Shown here piece after piece: positions 45,950 through 55,804 of a stretch of 60,202 nt of DNA (positions are counted from its first letter, which is position 1; each line of letters begins with the position of its first letter). The translations under genes were made by a program, and so were the position numbers. The DNA is from an uncultured Bacilli bacterium (GTDB taxonomy: Bacteria > Bacillota_I > Bacilli_A > RF39 > UBA660). Location: the NCBI GenBank assembly GCA_944359085.1, contig CALVSQ010000002.1, positions 1 through 60,202 on the forward strand. Direction: 5' to 3'. Below the pieces are notes generated by a model that was not told the origin of the DNA, did not search any database, and saw nothing but the letters and a program-made list of their open reading frames with translations.

Positions 45950-47779
45950 ATGAAATTAAGTATTAATCGAATTATATATACAATTATTGTGTTTTTATCT
46001 ATGTTGTTTTTAATTTTTATTATAAGTACTAATATAGTACCATTGAAATATTTATTATTATTATTTGTTATATTTATTTTATATGATGTTGGATTATTTT
46101 TCTTATTATTTAAAAAACATAAAGTAAAAAATATAATAGGATATGTTTTAAGTGGTATTTTAGTTGTTATTATGGGAATTCTATTTTATTATTTAAATGT
46201 TACAATGGGATTTTTTAAAGGATTTGGAACAAATAAATATAAAGAAGAAAACTATTTAGTATTAGTTTTGAATGATAGTAGTTTTGAATCATTAAATGAT
46301 TTATCTAATATTGGTTATACTTTTAATGAATTATCTAATATTAATGAAGCTTTAACTAAATTAAATGAAGAAATTACAATTGAAAATATAAAATATGATA
46401 ATAATGTTGAAATGTTTGATGATTTAATAAATAAAGAAATAGATTCAGTTTTGATTGAAGAATCTTCTATGGCTTTAATATATGAACAAAACGAAGAATA
46501 TAATGGTATGTTTAAAGCTATATATACAATAAATATTAAAACAGAAATAGAGATTACTAAGGAAACAGATGTTACTAATCAACCATTTACAGTCTATATA
46601 AGTGGTATTGATTCTTATGGAAGTATTTCTACTGTATCAAGAAGTGATGTTAATATGATAGCAACTGTTAATTCTAAAACAAAACAAGTATTATTAATTT
46701 CTGTTCCAAGGGATTATTATGTTCAACTAAGAGGAACAACAGGTTGTAAAGATAAATTAACTCATGCTGGACTTTATGGTGTTGAAACTTCTGTTGGAAC
46801 ATTAGAAGATTTGTTAGATGTTGAAATTAATTATTATGCTAGAGTTAACTTTTCATCTTTAGAACAAATTGTTGATGCATTAGGCGGTGTTGATGTATAT
46901 TCTAAATATAGTTTTACTACTTCTCCATCAGCTGGTGGAACATATTATTTTACTGAAGGCTACAATCATATGAATGGTAAACAAGCTTTAGCTTTCTCTC
47001 GTGAAAGAAAGAAACTCCCTATAAGCGCTGGAGGAGATAGAGGGCGTGGAGTTAATCAACAAGCGGTTATTGATGGTATTATAAGAAAAGCAACTAGTCC
47101 AGCAATTATAACAGGATATAGTAAAATATTAAGCTCTTTAAAAGGAACATTCCAAACTAATATGAGTGATAATGACATACAAAAATTAATTAAAATGCAA
47201 TTAAATGATATGGCTAATTGGAATATTACAAGTTATAGTTTAGATGGTACTGATGGAAGTGAATATACTTATTCATATCCTACTCAAAAATTATATGTAA
47301 TGAAACCTATTGAAGAAACAGTAACTGCAGCGCAAGGATTGATTGATAAGGTATATGCTGGTGAAATGTTAGAAAGTAGTTATGATAAAGAAGCTACTGA
47401 TGTTAATGATCCAGTTTATGTTGAACCAAAACCAGATCCAAAACCAGATTCAAAACCAGAAACACCTACTATAATAGGCGAAGTGCCAGTTATTTCATTT
47501 GATGAAACACCAATTATTATGATTAAAGGCCAAATAATTGATTTATTAAGCGATGTAACTGCTACTGACAAAGAAGATGGCCCTTTAACACCTAAAATAA
47601 CATTTAATGGGTTATCTTTTACAGATACTAGCGTACTATTAGAAGGCACTAATGTAATAACATATACTGTTACTGATAGTGACAATAATACTGTAACTAA
47701 AAAAAGAACAATTGTTGTTAAATTGGATTTGAATGGTGATGGTATACCAGATGATGATGTAACTACACCTTCAGAATAA
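45950..47779 (+). CDS. LCP (LytR-CpsA-Psr) family glycopolymer transferase with C-terminal Ig-like domain
   Basis: N-terminal TM segments, then the LCP core FTVYISGIDS..RSDVNMIATVN..LISVPRDYYV..FSRERK. A PKPDPKPDSKPE linker leads to an Ig-like module. Confidence 0.8.
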   Translation: MKLSINRIIYTIIVFLSMLFLIFIISTNIVPLKYLLLLFVIFILYDVGLFFLLFKKHKVKNIIGYVLSGILVVIMGILFYYLNVTMGFFKGFGTNKYKEENYLVLVLNDSSFESLNDLSNIGYTFNELSNINEALTKLNEEITIENIKYDNNVEMFDDLINKEIDSVLIEESSMALIYEQNEEYNGMFKAIYTINIKTEIEITKETDVTNQPFTVYISGIDSYGSISTVSRSDVNMIATVNSKTKQVLLISVPRDYYVQLRGTTGCKDKLTHAGLYGVETSVGTLEDLLDVEINYYARVNFSSLEQIVDALGGVDVYSKYSFTTSPSAGGTYYFTEGYNHMNGKQALAFSRERKKLPISAGGDRGRGVNQQAVIDGIIRKATSPAIITGYSKILSSLKGTFQTNMSDNDIQKLIKMQLNDMANWNITSYSLDGTDGSEYTYSYPTQKLYVMKPIEETVTAAQGLIDKVYAGEMLESSYDKEATDVNDPVYVEPKPDPKPDSKPETPTIIGEVPVISFDETPIIMIKGQIIDLLSDVTATDKEDGPLTPKITFNGLSFTDTSVLLEGTNVITYTVTDSDNNTVTKKRTIVVKLDLNGDGIPDDDVTTPSE

Positions 47780-47825
47780 TTATATAAAATATAAAAAATC
47801 ATAACTTAATTGTTATGATTTTTAT

Positions 47826-48302
47826 TTAACTATTTTTATTTAATAATTCATTAAATATTTTTAAATGTATTTCTTCATCAATTATTATTCTTTTTAATAA
47901 TTCTTTAATATATTTATCATCTATTACTTTAATTAAATTTTGATAATTTTTAATAGCTAATGTTTCAGCATCAATATTTATTTTTAATATATCTTTTAAG
48001 TTGGTATTGTAGTTAACATATTCTGTTGTCCATGAAATATCATTAGATTTATATTCTGGTTTTAAACCTAACATATTAATTGTTTTAGCTAGCATTTCTA
48101 AGTGATGCATTTCAACTATAGCAATATTTTCTAATATTTTACCTATTTCATTATCTAAAATAAATGATTGAAACATATATAGATGAGTTGCAGTATCTTC
48201 ACTAACCATACTAGCATATGGATACATTAATAATTTCGCATATTCAATATTTTCTTTTTCAACTCTAATTTCAGGATATGGTAAAGTTGATTTATAATAC
48301 AT
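47826..48302 (-). CDS. ferritin-like / Mn-catalase (CotJC-like) family protein
   Basis: LPYPEIRVEKEN..YAKLL...Y....SE..A...Y..Q and EMHHLEML, IDEEIHL (ExxH pairs) suggest a di-metal four-helix bundle. Subfamily is uncertain. Confidence 0.5.
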   Translation of the reverse strand: MYYKSTLPYPEIRVEKENIEYAKLLMYPYASMVSEDTATHLYMFQSFILDNEIGKILENIAIVEMHHLEMLAKTINMLGLKPEYKSNDISWTTEYVNYNTNLKDILKINIDAETLAIKNYQNLIKVIDDKYIKELLKRIIIDEEIHLKIFNELLNKNS

Positions 48303-48385
48303 AATTAATCACCTAATTAATTATATTAAAAAAAATAATTAAAATGTATCTTTTTGGGATATAATAGTTATAGGAGAGTGATAAA

Positions 48386-49546
48386 ATGCAAGAAAAATAT
48401 GCGGAATTGTTATTAAAAAGATGTTTAAATATATCTAATCAACCTTTATTAATATCATGTCCTATTGAAGTTTATGGTTTTGTAAGGGTATTAGTTAAAA
48501 AGGCTTATGAAATTGGTGTTAAGGATATATATATTGATTTTGAAGATGAAGAATTAAAAAAATTACAATTAAATAATTTAAGTAATGAAGAGTTAAAAAA
48601 TAGTAGTTTCTTTAATAAAAAAATATTTGATGAATATGCAAAGAAAGATGCTTGTTTTTTAATGTTATATGCTTATGAAGATTTTAGTTGTATCGATAAC
48701 AAAAAATTAGAACTAAGTGCGAAGTTAGTAAGAGAAACTAAACCTATTTATAAAGAAAGACAATTAAAAAATGAAATTGTTTGGTGTATTGCTTCTGTTG
48801 TAACTAAAACATGGGCTGATAAGTTATTTCCAAATGAAGAAGACAATGTAAATAAGTTATGGGATATAATTTATAAAATGTGTTTAATTGATAAGGAAGA
48901 TCCTATTAAAGAATGGGATAATAAGATTAAATTAAATAGTAAAAAATCAGAATTTATGAATAACAAACAATATAAGAAATTAACTTTTAAAAATAGTTTG
49001 GGTACTGATTTAACAATAGAATTACCAAAAGATCATATATGGGCTGGTGGTAATACAGTTATAAATGGTATAGAAACAATTGCTAATATGCCAACAGAAG
49101 AAATATTTACATCACCTTATAAGTTTGGTGTTAATGGTATTGTTTATAGTTCGAAACCATTAGTATATAATGGAAGTTTAATTGAAGATTTTTATTTAGA
49201 ATTTAAAGATGGAGCTATTGTTAATTTTGATGCTAAAGTTGGTAAGGAAACTTTAAGACAAATAATTGAATATGATGAAAATTCTAAATATTTAGGAGAA
49301 GTTGCTTTAGTTGATTATGATTCTCCAATATCTAAATCTAATTTAATATTTTATGAAACTTTGTATGATGAGAATGCTGCTTGTCATTTGGCTTTAGGAT
49401 CTAGTTATTTAGAATGTATTAAGGAACCTAATTTTGATATAGTTAATAAAAGTAATACGCATGTTGACTTTATGATAGGTACTAAAGATTTAGAAGTTAT
49501 AGCTGATGGTGAAATAATCATGAAAGATGGTAATTTTATAAAATAA
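48386..49546 (+). CDS. M29-family aminopeptidase (AmpS/PepS-like)
   Basis: YAELLLKRCLNI..QPLLI, NMPTEEIFTSP, NAACHLALG and HVDFMIG motifs. Confidence 0.75.
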   Translation: MQEKYAELLLKRCLNISNQPLLISCPIEVYGFVRVLVKKAYEIGVKDIYIDFEDEELKKLQLNNLSNEELKNSSFFNKKIFDEYAKKDACFLMLYAYEDFSCIDNKKLELSAKLVRETKPIYKERQLKNEIVWCIASVVTKTWADKLFPNEEDNVNKLWDIIYKMCLIDKEDPIKEWDNKIKLNSKKSEFMNNKQYKKLTFKNSLGTDLTIELPKDHIWAGGNTVINGIETIANMPTEEIFTSPYKFGVNGIVYSSKPLVYNGSLIEDFYLEFKDGAIVNFDAKVGKETLRQIIEYDENSKYLGEVALVDYDSPISKSNLIFYETLYDENAACHLALGSSYLECIKEPNFDIVNKSNTHVDFMIGTKDLEVIADGEIIMKDGNFIK

Positions 49547-49548
49547 TT

Positions 49549-49578
49549 GTATTAAATATCTCTTTTTATATCATAATT
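49549..49578 (+). promoter_or_regulatory. candidate forespore (SigF/SigG-type) promoter of sigG
   Basis: GTATT-18 nt-CATAATT compared with the SigG-type consensus GHATR-18-CATxxTA. There is one mismatch in each element. Confidence 0.35.
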
Positions 49579-49601
49579 GATATGAAAGGAGATATTTTTA
49601 T

Positions 49602-50375
49602 ATGGCACGTCATAGAGTAGAAATTTGTGGCGTGAATACTGCGAATATTAAAGTTTTAAGTAATGAAGAGATGATTGATTTATTTAAAAAATATCAAAGT
49701 GGTGACATGTATGCTAAAGAAAATTTAATTAATGGTAATTTAAAATTAGTTTTATCTATTTTAAGAAAGTACAATAATAGAACAGATAATTTAGATGATT
49801 TGTTTCAAGTTGGTTGTGTAGGTTTAATTAAAGCAATTGACAATTTTGATTTATCACATGAAGTTAGGTTTTCAACTTATGCTGTACCGATGATATTAGG
49901 AGAAATTAAAAGGTATTTAAGGGATAACAGTTCGTTAAGAGTTACTAGAAATTTAAAAGATATTGCTTATAAAGGGCTAAAGGTTAAAGAAGAATTAACT
50001 AATAAATTAAATAGGGAACCGGCTATGAAAGAAATTGCTGAAGCATTAGAATTAGATGAATTAGATGTTATGCAAGCATTTGAAGCAGTTAAAGATGCGG
50101 TTAGTATTCAAGAACCTATTTATAGTGATGGTGGAGATACTATTTATTTAGAAGAACAAATAGCTGATAAAAAAGATAAAGTTGGATTAGATATGAATAT
50201 TATGTTAAGAGAAGCTATTAATAATTTAAAGGAAAAAGAAAAATATATTATTTATAAAAGATATTTTGAGGGAATAACTCAGATGGAGTTATCAGAAGAA
50301 ATTGGTATATCACAAGCTCAAATATCAAGAATAGAAAAAAATTGTTTGGATAATATGAAAAAAATATTAAAATAA
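49602..50375 (+). CDS. sigG: sporulation sigma factor SigG (SigF/G group)
   Basis: The N-terminus RVEICGVNTANIKVLSNEEM is SigG-like. Region 2 (DLFQVGCVGLIKAIDNFD, RFSTYAVPMILGEIKRYLRD) and region 4 (ISQAQISRIEK) are present. Confidence 0.8.
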   Translation: MARHRVEICGVNTANIKVLSNEEMIDLFKKYQSGDMYAKENLINGNLKLVLSILRKYNNRTDNLDDLFQVGCVGLIKAIDNFDLSHEVRFSTYAVPMILGEIKRYLRDNSSLRVTRNLKDIAYKGLKVKEELTNKLNREPAMKEIAEALELDELDVMQAFEAVKDAVSIQEPIYSDGGDTIYLEEQIADKKDKVGLDMNIMLREAINNLKEKEKYIIYKRYFEGITQMELSEEIGISQAQISRIEKNCLDNMKKILK

Positions 50376-50400
50376 TGAATAAATTTTATTAGGTGGTAAT

Positions 50401-50622
50401 ATGCGGTTAAGTGAATTACAATCTAAAAATATTATTACAACAGAAGGTAAATTAATTGGAAATATTATTGATGTTGTAATAGATGGTGGCACAATAAAAT
50501 ATTTAGTTGTTGAAAAAAGTAAGTTTTTAATATCAATGTTTACATCAAAGGATGAAATAGAAGTTAAGTGGAGTCAAATAAAAACAATTGGTGATGATGT
50601 TATTATTGTTGAGTGTCAATAA
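50401..50622 (+). CDS. ylmC: YlmC/YmxH family PRC-barrel sporulation protein
   Basis: MRLSELQSKNIITTEGKLIGNIIDVVID...W..I..IG.DVIIV is typical of the family. Confidence 0.75.
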   Translation: MRLSELQSKNIITTEGKLIGNIIDVVIDGGTIKYLVVEKSKFLISMFTSKDEIEVKWSQIKTIGDDVIIVECQ

Positions 50623-50709
50623 TTTGGTAAATTACACCAATTTTATTGACTCTTATTTTTTTTATGTGGTATACTGGAGGTCCCGCTAAAAAATGGAAAG
50701 GAAAGTTTT

Positions 50710-51129
50710 ATGTTTGAAAAAATAGAATTAAATAAATTATACATAGCAGATTATGTAGATGAAACATTAGAATTTGTGTATGGTGGTATATATAGAAGTA
50801 GTAGTATAATTCATCATTTTGATATAAAAAAAGAAAAATCAATATTTATGGTAGCTACTGATTGTGAAAATAAAATAATAGGTTATATGAATTTGTTTGA
50901 TAATAAAATATATCAACCTCTTAATTCTTCTTTAGAAGATTATGAAGTAAGTTGTGAAAATCCAAATTTAGCTATGGCTACTAATGATGGTTATATTAAT
51001 TTTGAACCATTATCAAATTATTCTTCTAGATTTATAAAACCTTTTATGTCGTTAAAGCTAGCTCGTAAAGCAATTAATGATATAAATAGAAAAGAAGATG
51101 TAAAAGTAAAAACATTAAAACTAGACTAA
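50710..51129 (+). CDS. hypothetical protein (139 aa)
   Basis: Clean ORF with its own promoter-like TTGACT-18-TATACT upstream. No motif recognised. Confidence 0.45.
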   Translation: MFEKIELNKLYIADYVDETLEFVYGGIYRSSSIIHHFDIKKEKSIFMVATDCENKIIGYMNLFDNKIYQPLNSSLEDYEVSCENPNLAMATNDGYINFEPLSNYSSRFIKPFMSLKLARKAINDINRKEDVKVKTLKLD

Positions 51130-51184
51130 TTTGTTATTTTTTGATATAATTAATTAGTCTTTTTATATGAGAGGAGGTTATTAA

Positions 51185-52819
51185 ATGATTAAAATTTTCG
51201 CATTAGGTGGTTTAAATGAAATAGGTAAAAATATGTATGTCGTTAATGTTGATGACGAGTTATATATATTTGAAGCTGGATTAAAATACGCTGATGATAA
51301 AATGTTAGGTGTTGATTATATAATTCCTAATTATGATTATTTAATTAAAAATAAAAATAAAATTCAAGGTATATTTTTATCTCATGGTCATGATGAACAA
51401 ATAGGAGCAATTCCTGATATATTATATGATTTACCTAATATTAAAATATATGGAACTAAATTTACTTTAGATTTGTTAAAAGAAGAATTAAAACAAGAAA
51501 AGTTAAAAGCTGATTTAGTTGAAATTCAATCACATAAAAAAATCAAAGTAGGTAATAATTATATTTTCCCTATTAGTTTATCGCATTCTGTACCAGATGC
51601 AGTAGGATATGTATTATATACTAAAGATGGAGCAATATTTTATACTGGTAACTTTGTTTTTGATTCTGCTATGCAAGGAAATTATAAAACAGATATTGGT
51701 AAACTTGCTTATGTTGGAAAACAAGGTGTATTATGTTTATTAAGTGAATCATTATATGCTGACAAAATAGGTTATACTTCTCCAAAACATAGAAGTTATA
51801 GTTATTTAAGAGAAATTATTAATAGTTCTAAAAATAGAATCTTAATTAATATATTACAAGGGCAAATATTTAGAATTCAAGAATTATTAAATGTTATAAC
51901 TGAAGCTAGTAAAAAAGTTGTTATTTTAGGTAAAAGGTTAGAAAATACTTTAATTAATTCAATTAATAATGGTTATATTAATTTTGATAAATCAAGAATT
52001 GGGAATATTCGTCATTTGGAAAAAGATTCAATTATAATTGTATCTGATGAAAGAGAAAAACCTTTTTCTAATATTAAAAGAATCGTTAAAGGATATGATA
52101 AATTTATAACTTTAACAGAAGATGATACTATTATTTTTGCTTCACCTGTTTATGACGGTATGGAAAAAAGTGCAACTATGGTATTTGATGATATAGCTAA
52201 AAAAGGATGTAATTTAATTACAATGTCAAGTAAACAATTTAATTCATTACATGCTTCAAGTGAAGATTTGATGTTGATGTTAAATTTATTACAACCTAAA
52301 TATTATTTTCCAGTTAATGGAGAATATAGACATCAAGTTGCTAATAGTGAAGTTGCTAAACAAATGGGTATGAAAGATGAAAATATCATTCTTAAATTAA
52401 ATGGTGAAGTTGCTACTTTTGTTAATGGTAATTTAACTGATGATAAAGAATTTGTTAAGGTAGACGATATTTTAATTGATGGTAAAACATTAGGTGATGT
52501 TGGTGATTTAGTTATCAAAGATCGTGAAATGTTAGGGGAAAACGGAATTGTTTTAATTTTAGCTATCGTTGATAAGGCAACTAAACAAATTTTATCAGGT
52601 CCACAAATTGTAACTAAAGGTTTTGTTTATGTTAAAGAAAATATTGATTTAATTAAAGAAGCTAGTAATATGTCTTTAGAAATAATTAAAAATAATACTA
52701 AAGTATCTTATATTGATTATGGTAAAACTAAAAATGAAATAAGAGATAAAGTAGGTAATTATTTTTATCAACAAACAGAATCAAAACCAATAATTTTAAT
52801 TATGATTCAAGAAATTTAA
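51185..52819 (+). CDS. rnj: ribonuclease J
   Basis: A metallo-beta-lactamase motif (SHGHDEQIGA in place of the canonical HxHxDH), a beta-CASP region and an RNase J C-terminal domain. Length is ~545 aa. Confidence 0.85.
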   Translation: MIKIFALGGLNEIGKNMYVVNVDDELYIFEAGLKYADDKMLGVDYIIPNYDYLIKNKNKIQGIFLSHGHDEQIGAIPDILYDLPNIKIYGTKFTLDLLKEELKQEKLKADLVEIQSHKKIKVGNNYIFPISLSHSVPDAVGYVLYTKDGAIFYTGNFVFDSAMQGNYKTDIGKLAYVGKQGVLCLLSESLYADKIGYTSPKHRSYSYLREIINSSKNRILINILQGQIFRIQELLNVITEASKKVVILGKRLENTLINSINNGYINFDKSRIGNIRHLEKDSIIIVSDEREKPFSNIKRIVKGYDKFITLTEDDTIIFASPVYDGMEKSATMVFDDIAKKGCNLITMSSKQFNSLHASSEDLMLMLNLLQPKYYFPVNGEYRHQVANSEVAKQMGMKDENIILKLNGEVATFVNGNLTDDKEFVKVDDILIDGKTLGDVGDLVIKDREMLGENGIVLILAIVDKATKQILSGPQIVTKGFVYVKENIDLIKEASNMSLEIIKNNTKVSYIDYGKTKNEIRDKVGNYFYQQTESKPIILIMIQEI

Positions 52820-52886
52820 ATTGTACTTAGTTACAATTTTTTTCTTGAAATAATTTACTAAATATGATATTATTTATACCTAGGAA

Positions 52887-54302
52887 GTGGTTTTAATGAA
52901 TCTACCAAATTTAAATGATGCAAGAAGAAGAACAAAAGAAAAAGTTGAAATTCTAGATAATTATAAAATAACTGAAGAACAAAAAACATTAGGGTTAAAC
53001 AAAAAATATTTTGTTAAGACTTATGGTTGTCAAATGAATGAACATGATTCTGAAAATATTAAAGCAATATTAGAAGATATGGGATATACTTCTACTAATA
53101 ATATGGAAGATGCTAATTTAATTATTTTAAATACATGTGCAATAAGAGAAAATGCTCATAATAAAGTGTTTGGATTATTAGGTAGAATTAAACATATGAA
53201 ACAATCTAAAGAAGTTATGGTTGGTTTCGGTGGCTGTATGGCCCAAGAAGAAGTAATAGTAAATGAAATACTAAATAAATATAAATGGATTGATTTTGTT
53301 TTTGGTACTCATAATATCTATGATTTACCTAACATAATAGAAAAATCAAAAAATAAACAAGAAATAGATGTATTTTCTATTGAAGGTGATGTTATTGAAA
53401 ACATTCCAGTTAAAAGAGATAGTAAATATAAAGCTTGGGTTAATATTATGTATGGTTGTGATAAATTCTGTACTTATTGTATAGTACCTTATACTAGAGG
53501 AAAACAAAGAAGTAGATTACCTAAATATATAATTGATGAGGTAAATGAATTGATTAAAGATGGCTATAAAGAAGTAACATTATTAGGTCAAAATGTTAAT
53601 GCTTATGGTAAAGATTTAGATATCGATTATAATATGGCTAATTTACTAGAAGATGTAGCTAAAACTAATATTGAAAGAGTTAGATTTGTGACTAGTCATC
53701 CTTGGGATTTTAATGATGATATGATTGATATAATAAGTAAATATAAAAATATTATGCCTTATATTCATTTACCTTTACAATCAGGTTCTGATAAAATATT
53801 AAAATTAATGGGTAGAAGATATACAAAAGAAGAATATCTAACTTTATATAATAAATTAAAATCTAAAATACCTAATTGTTCAATTACGACTGATATTATA
53901 GTAGGTTTTCCAAATGAAACTAAAGAAGACTTTTTAGATACGTTAGATGTAGTTAATAAGTGTAAATATGATGGAGCATTTACTTTTATCTTTTCTCCTC
54001 GTATTGGAACACCTGCTTGTCGTATGAAAGATGATATATCTTTAGAAGAAAAAGAAGAAAGATTACAAACATTAAATAATTTAGTAAATAAATATTCTAA
54101 AGAAAATAATGATAAATACTTAAATAAAATAGTTCCTGTTTTATTAGAAGATTATAGTAGTAAAAATAGTAGTTATTTAAAAGGATATACTGATACTATG
54201 AAATTAGTAAATGTTAAAGCAGATAGTAGTTATCTAGGAAAAATAGTAAATGTCAAAATAACTTCAGTTAAAACATGGAGTATGGATGGCGAAATAATAT
54301 AA
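52887..54302 (+). CDS. miaB: tRNA-i6A37 methylthiotransferase
   Basis: YGCQMNEHDSE, NTCAIRE, the radical-SAM motif CDKFCTYCIVPYTRG, and a C-terminal TRAM domain. The start may be ATG 52896. Confidence 0.9.
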   Translation: MVLMNLPNLNDARRRTKEKVEILDNYKITEEQKTLGLNKKYFVKTYGCQMNEHDSENIKAILEDMGYTSTNNMEDANLIILNTCAIRENAHNKVFGLLGRIKHMKQSKEVMVGFGGCMAQEEVIVNEILNKYKWIDFVFGTHNIYDLPNIIEKSKNKQEIDVFSIEGDVIENIPVKRDSKYKAWVNIMYGCDKFCTYCIVPYTRGKQRSRLPKYIIDEVNELIKDGYKEVTLLGQNVNAYGKDLDIDYNMANLLEDVAKTNIERVRFVTSHPWDFNDDMIDIISKYKNIMPYIHLPLQSGSDKILKLMGRRYTKEEYLTLYNKLKSKIPNCSITTDIIVGFPNETKEDFLDTLDVVNKCKYDGAFTFIFSPRIGTPACRMKDDISLEEKEERLQTLNNLVNKYSKENNDKYLNKIVPVLLEDYSSKNSSYLKGYTDTMKLVNVKADSSYLGKIVNVKITSVKTWSMDGEII

Positions 54303-54387
54303 TTTTATCAAGAATGAGGGAGAGAATTAGCTCAGTGAACTCATACCAACCTATTAGGTTAGGTGGTAAAGCTAATAACGATGAAAG
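54303..54387 (+). promoter_or_regulatory. SAM riboswitch aptamer (S-box/SAM-I clan, reduced P4)
   Basis: P1 is TTTTATC/GATGAAA, P2 is ATGAG/CTCAT with an internal AGTGAA kink-turn-like element, then ACCAACC, and P3 is AACC-TATTA-GGTT followed by AGGTGG. A 7-nt pseudoknot pairs ATTAGCT (54326-54332) with AGCTAAT (54370-54376). It lies upstream of metK. Confidence 0.6.
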
Positions 54388-54389
54388 AA

Positions 54390-54415
54390 AAAGACTCTTT
54401 CATGGAGTCTTTTTT
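54390..54415 (+). terminator. riboswitch expression-platform terminator
   Basis: AAAGACTC-TTTCATG-GAGTCTTT followed by a T-run. ATGAAAGA (54381-54388, the 3' strand of P1) is complementary to TCTTTCAT (54396-54403), which gives an antiterminator alternative. Confidence 0.7.
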
Positions 54416-54442
54416 CATATAATATAATTGGAGGTAATTTAA

Positions 54443-55522
54443 ATGAAAAAATTGATAACTAGTGAATCAGTAACAGAAGGTCACCCAGATAAAATATGTG
54501 ACAAAATAAGTGATAAAATATTAGATATGGCTTTAATGGAAGATATTAATAGTCATATGGCTGTAGAAGCAACAATCAAAGATAATTTTATTTTAATATA
54601 TGGTGAAGCTAATACAAAAGCAAAATTAGATTATGAAGAGTTAGCTAAAGATGTACTTAAAGATATTGGATATAATGATGATTTTGAAGTATTGGTTAAA
54701 GTTAGTGGCCAATCACAAGAAATTAATAATGCTGTTTCTAAAAAGAAAATATGTGCAGGAGATCAAGGAATAATGTTTGGTTATGCAACTAATGAAACAA
54801 AGGAATTTATGCCTTTACCTATTTTACTTGCTAACAAAATAACAAAACAACTAGCTTTAGTTAGAAAGAAAGATAAAAATTCTATTTTAATGCCAGATGG
54901 TAAAGCTCAAGTTACAGTAGAATATGTAGATAATATTCCTAAAAGAATTGATACAATAATTGTTTCATCTCAACATAAAAAAGATGTTACTCAAGAAGAA
55001 TTAAAAAAATATATAAAAGAAAATGTAATCGATGAAGTTATACCTAAAGAATTAATGATAGATACTAAAATTTTAATTAATACAAGTGGTTCTTTTGTAA
55101 TTGGTGGACCATTTGGTGATAGTGGTACAACTGGAAGAAAAATAGTGGTAGATACATATGGTGGCGTTGGTAAAGTAGGTGGTGGTTGCTTTAGTAGTAA
55201 AGATCCATCTAAAGTAGATAGAAGTGCTGCTTATTATGCAAGATATGTAGCTAAAAATATTGTTTATCATAATTTATGTGATAGATGTGAAGTAGAAGTA
55301 TCTTATGCTATTGGATTAGAACAACCTATTAGTGTTAATATTGAAACATTTAATACTAATAAAGTAAGTATGGAAGAAATAAACGATTATGTTAAAAATA
55401 ATTTTGATTTTTCAGTTGATAACATTATAAAAGAATTAAATTTATTAAGACCAATTTATTATGATATAGCAAGTTATGGTCATTTTGGTTATGATAATTT
55501 ACCATGGGAACAAATAAAGTAA
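54443..55522 (+). CDS. metK: S-adenosylmethionine synthetase
   Basis: SESVTEGHPDKICD, GAGDQGIMFGYA, GGPFGDSGTTGRKIVVDTYGG and KDPSKVDRSAAY motifs. Confidence 0.95.
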   Translation: MKKLITSESVTEGHPDKICDKISDKILDMALMEDINSHMAVEATIKDNFILIYGEANTKAKLDYEELAKDVLKDIGYNDDFEVLVKVSGQSQEINNAVSKKKICAGDQGIMFGYATNETKEFMPLPILLANKITKQLALVRKKDKNSILMPDGKAQVTVEYVDNIPKRIDTIIVSSQHKKDVTQEELKKYIKENVIDEVIPKELMIDTKILINTSGSFVIGGPFGDSGTTGRKIVVDTYGGVGKVGGGCFSSKDPSKVDRSAAYYARYVAKNIVYHNLCDRCEVEVSYAIGLEQPISVNIETFNTNKVSMEEINDYVKNNFDFSVDNIIKELNLLRPIYYDIASYGHFGYDNLPWEQIK

Positions 55523-55618
55523 TTTATTTGTTTTTTAATACTAAAAATAATATTAACGAACAAAAATCTTTATATTTTTCATTTTCTAAAATAAGTCCAA
55601 ATTAGGTCAAAATTATTC

Positions 55619-55646
55619 TTGATTTAAATTTGTCAAGTGATATAAT
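55619..55646 (+). promoter_or_regulatory. candidate promoter upstream of the fibre-like/RHS gene pair
   Basis: TTGATT-16 nt-TATAAT with an extended TGa. It lies ~160 nt upstream of ATG 55805. Confidence 0.35.
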
Positions 55647-55804
55647 ATGGTAAAGTCAAACAATGTAAGAAAAGCGGCATATGTCGTTTTTTTTGTTTGA
55701 TTAAAGGAGATGATTTTATTGATTGTATCATAATATAGTAATTAAATAATTTTAATTGGACTATTATATAGTATTTTTTTGAAAGGAAAGAGAGGAAAAT
55801 AAAT

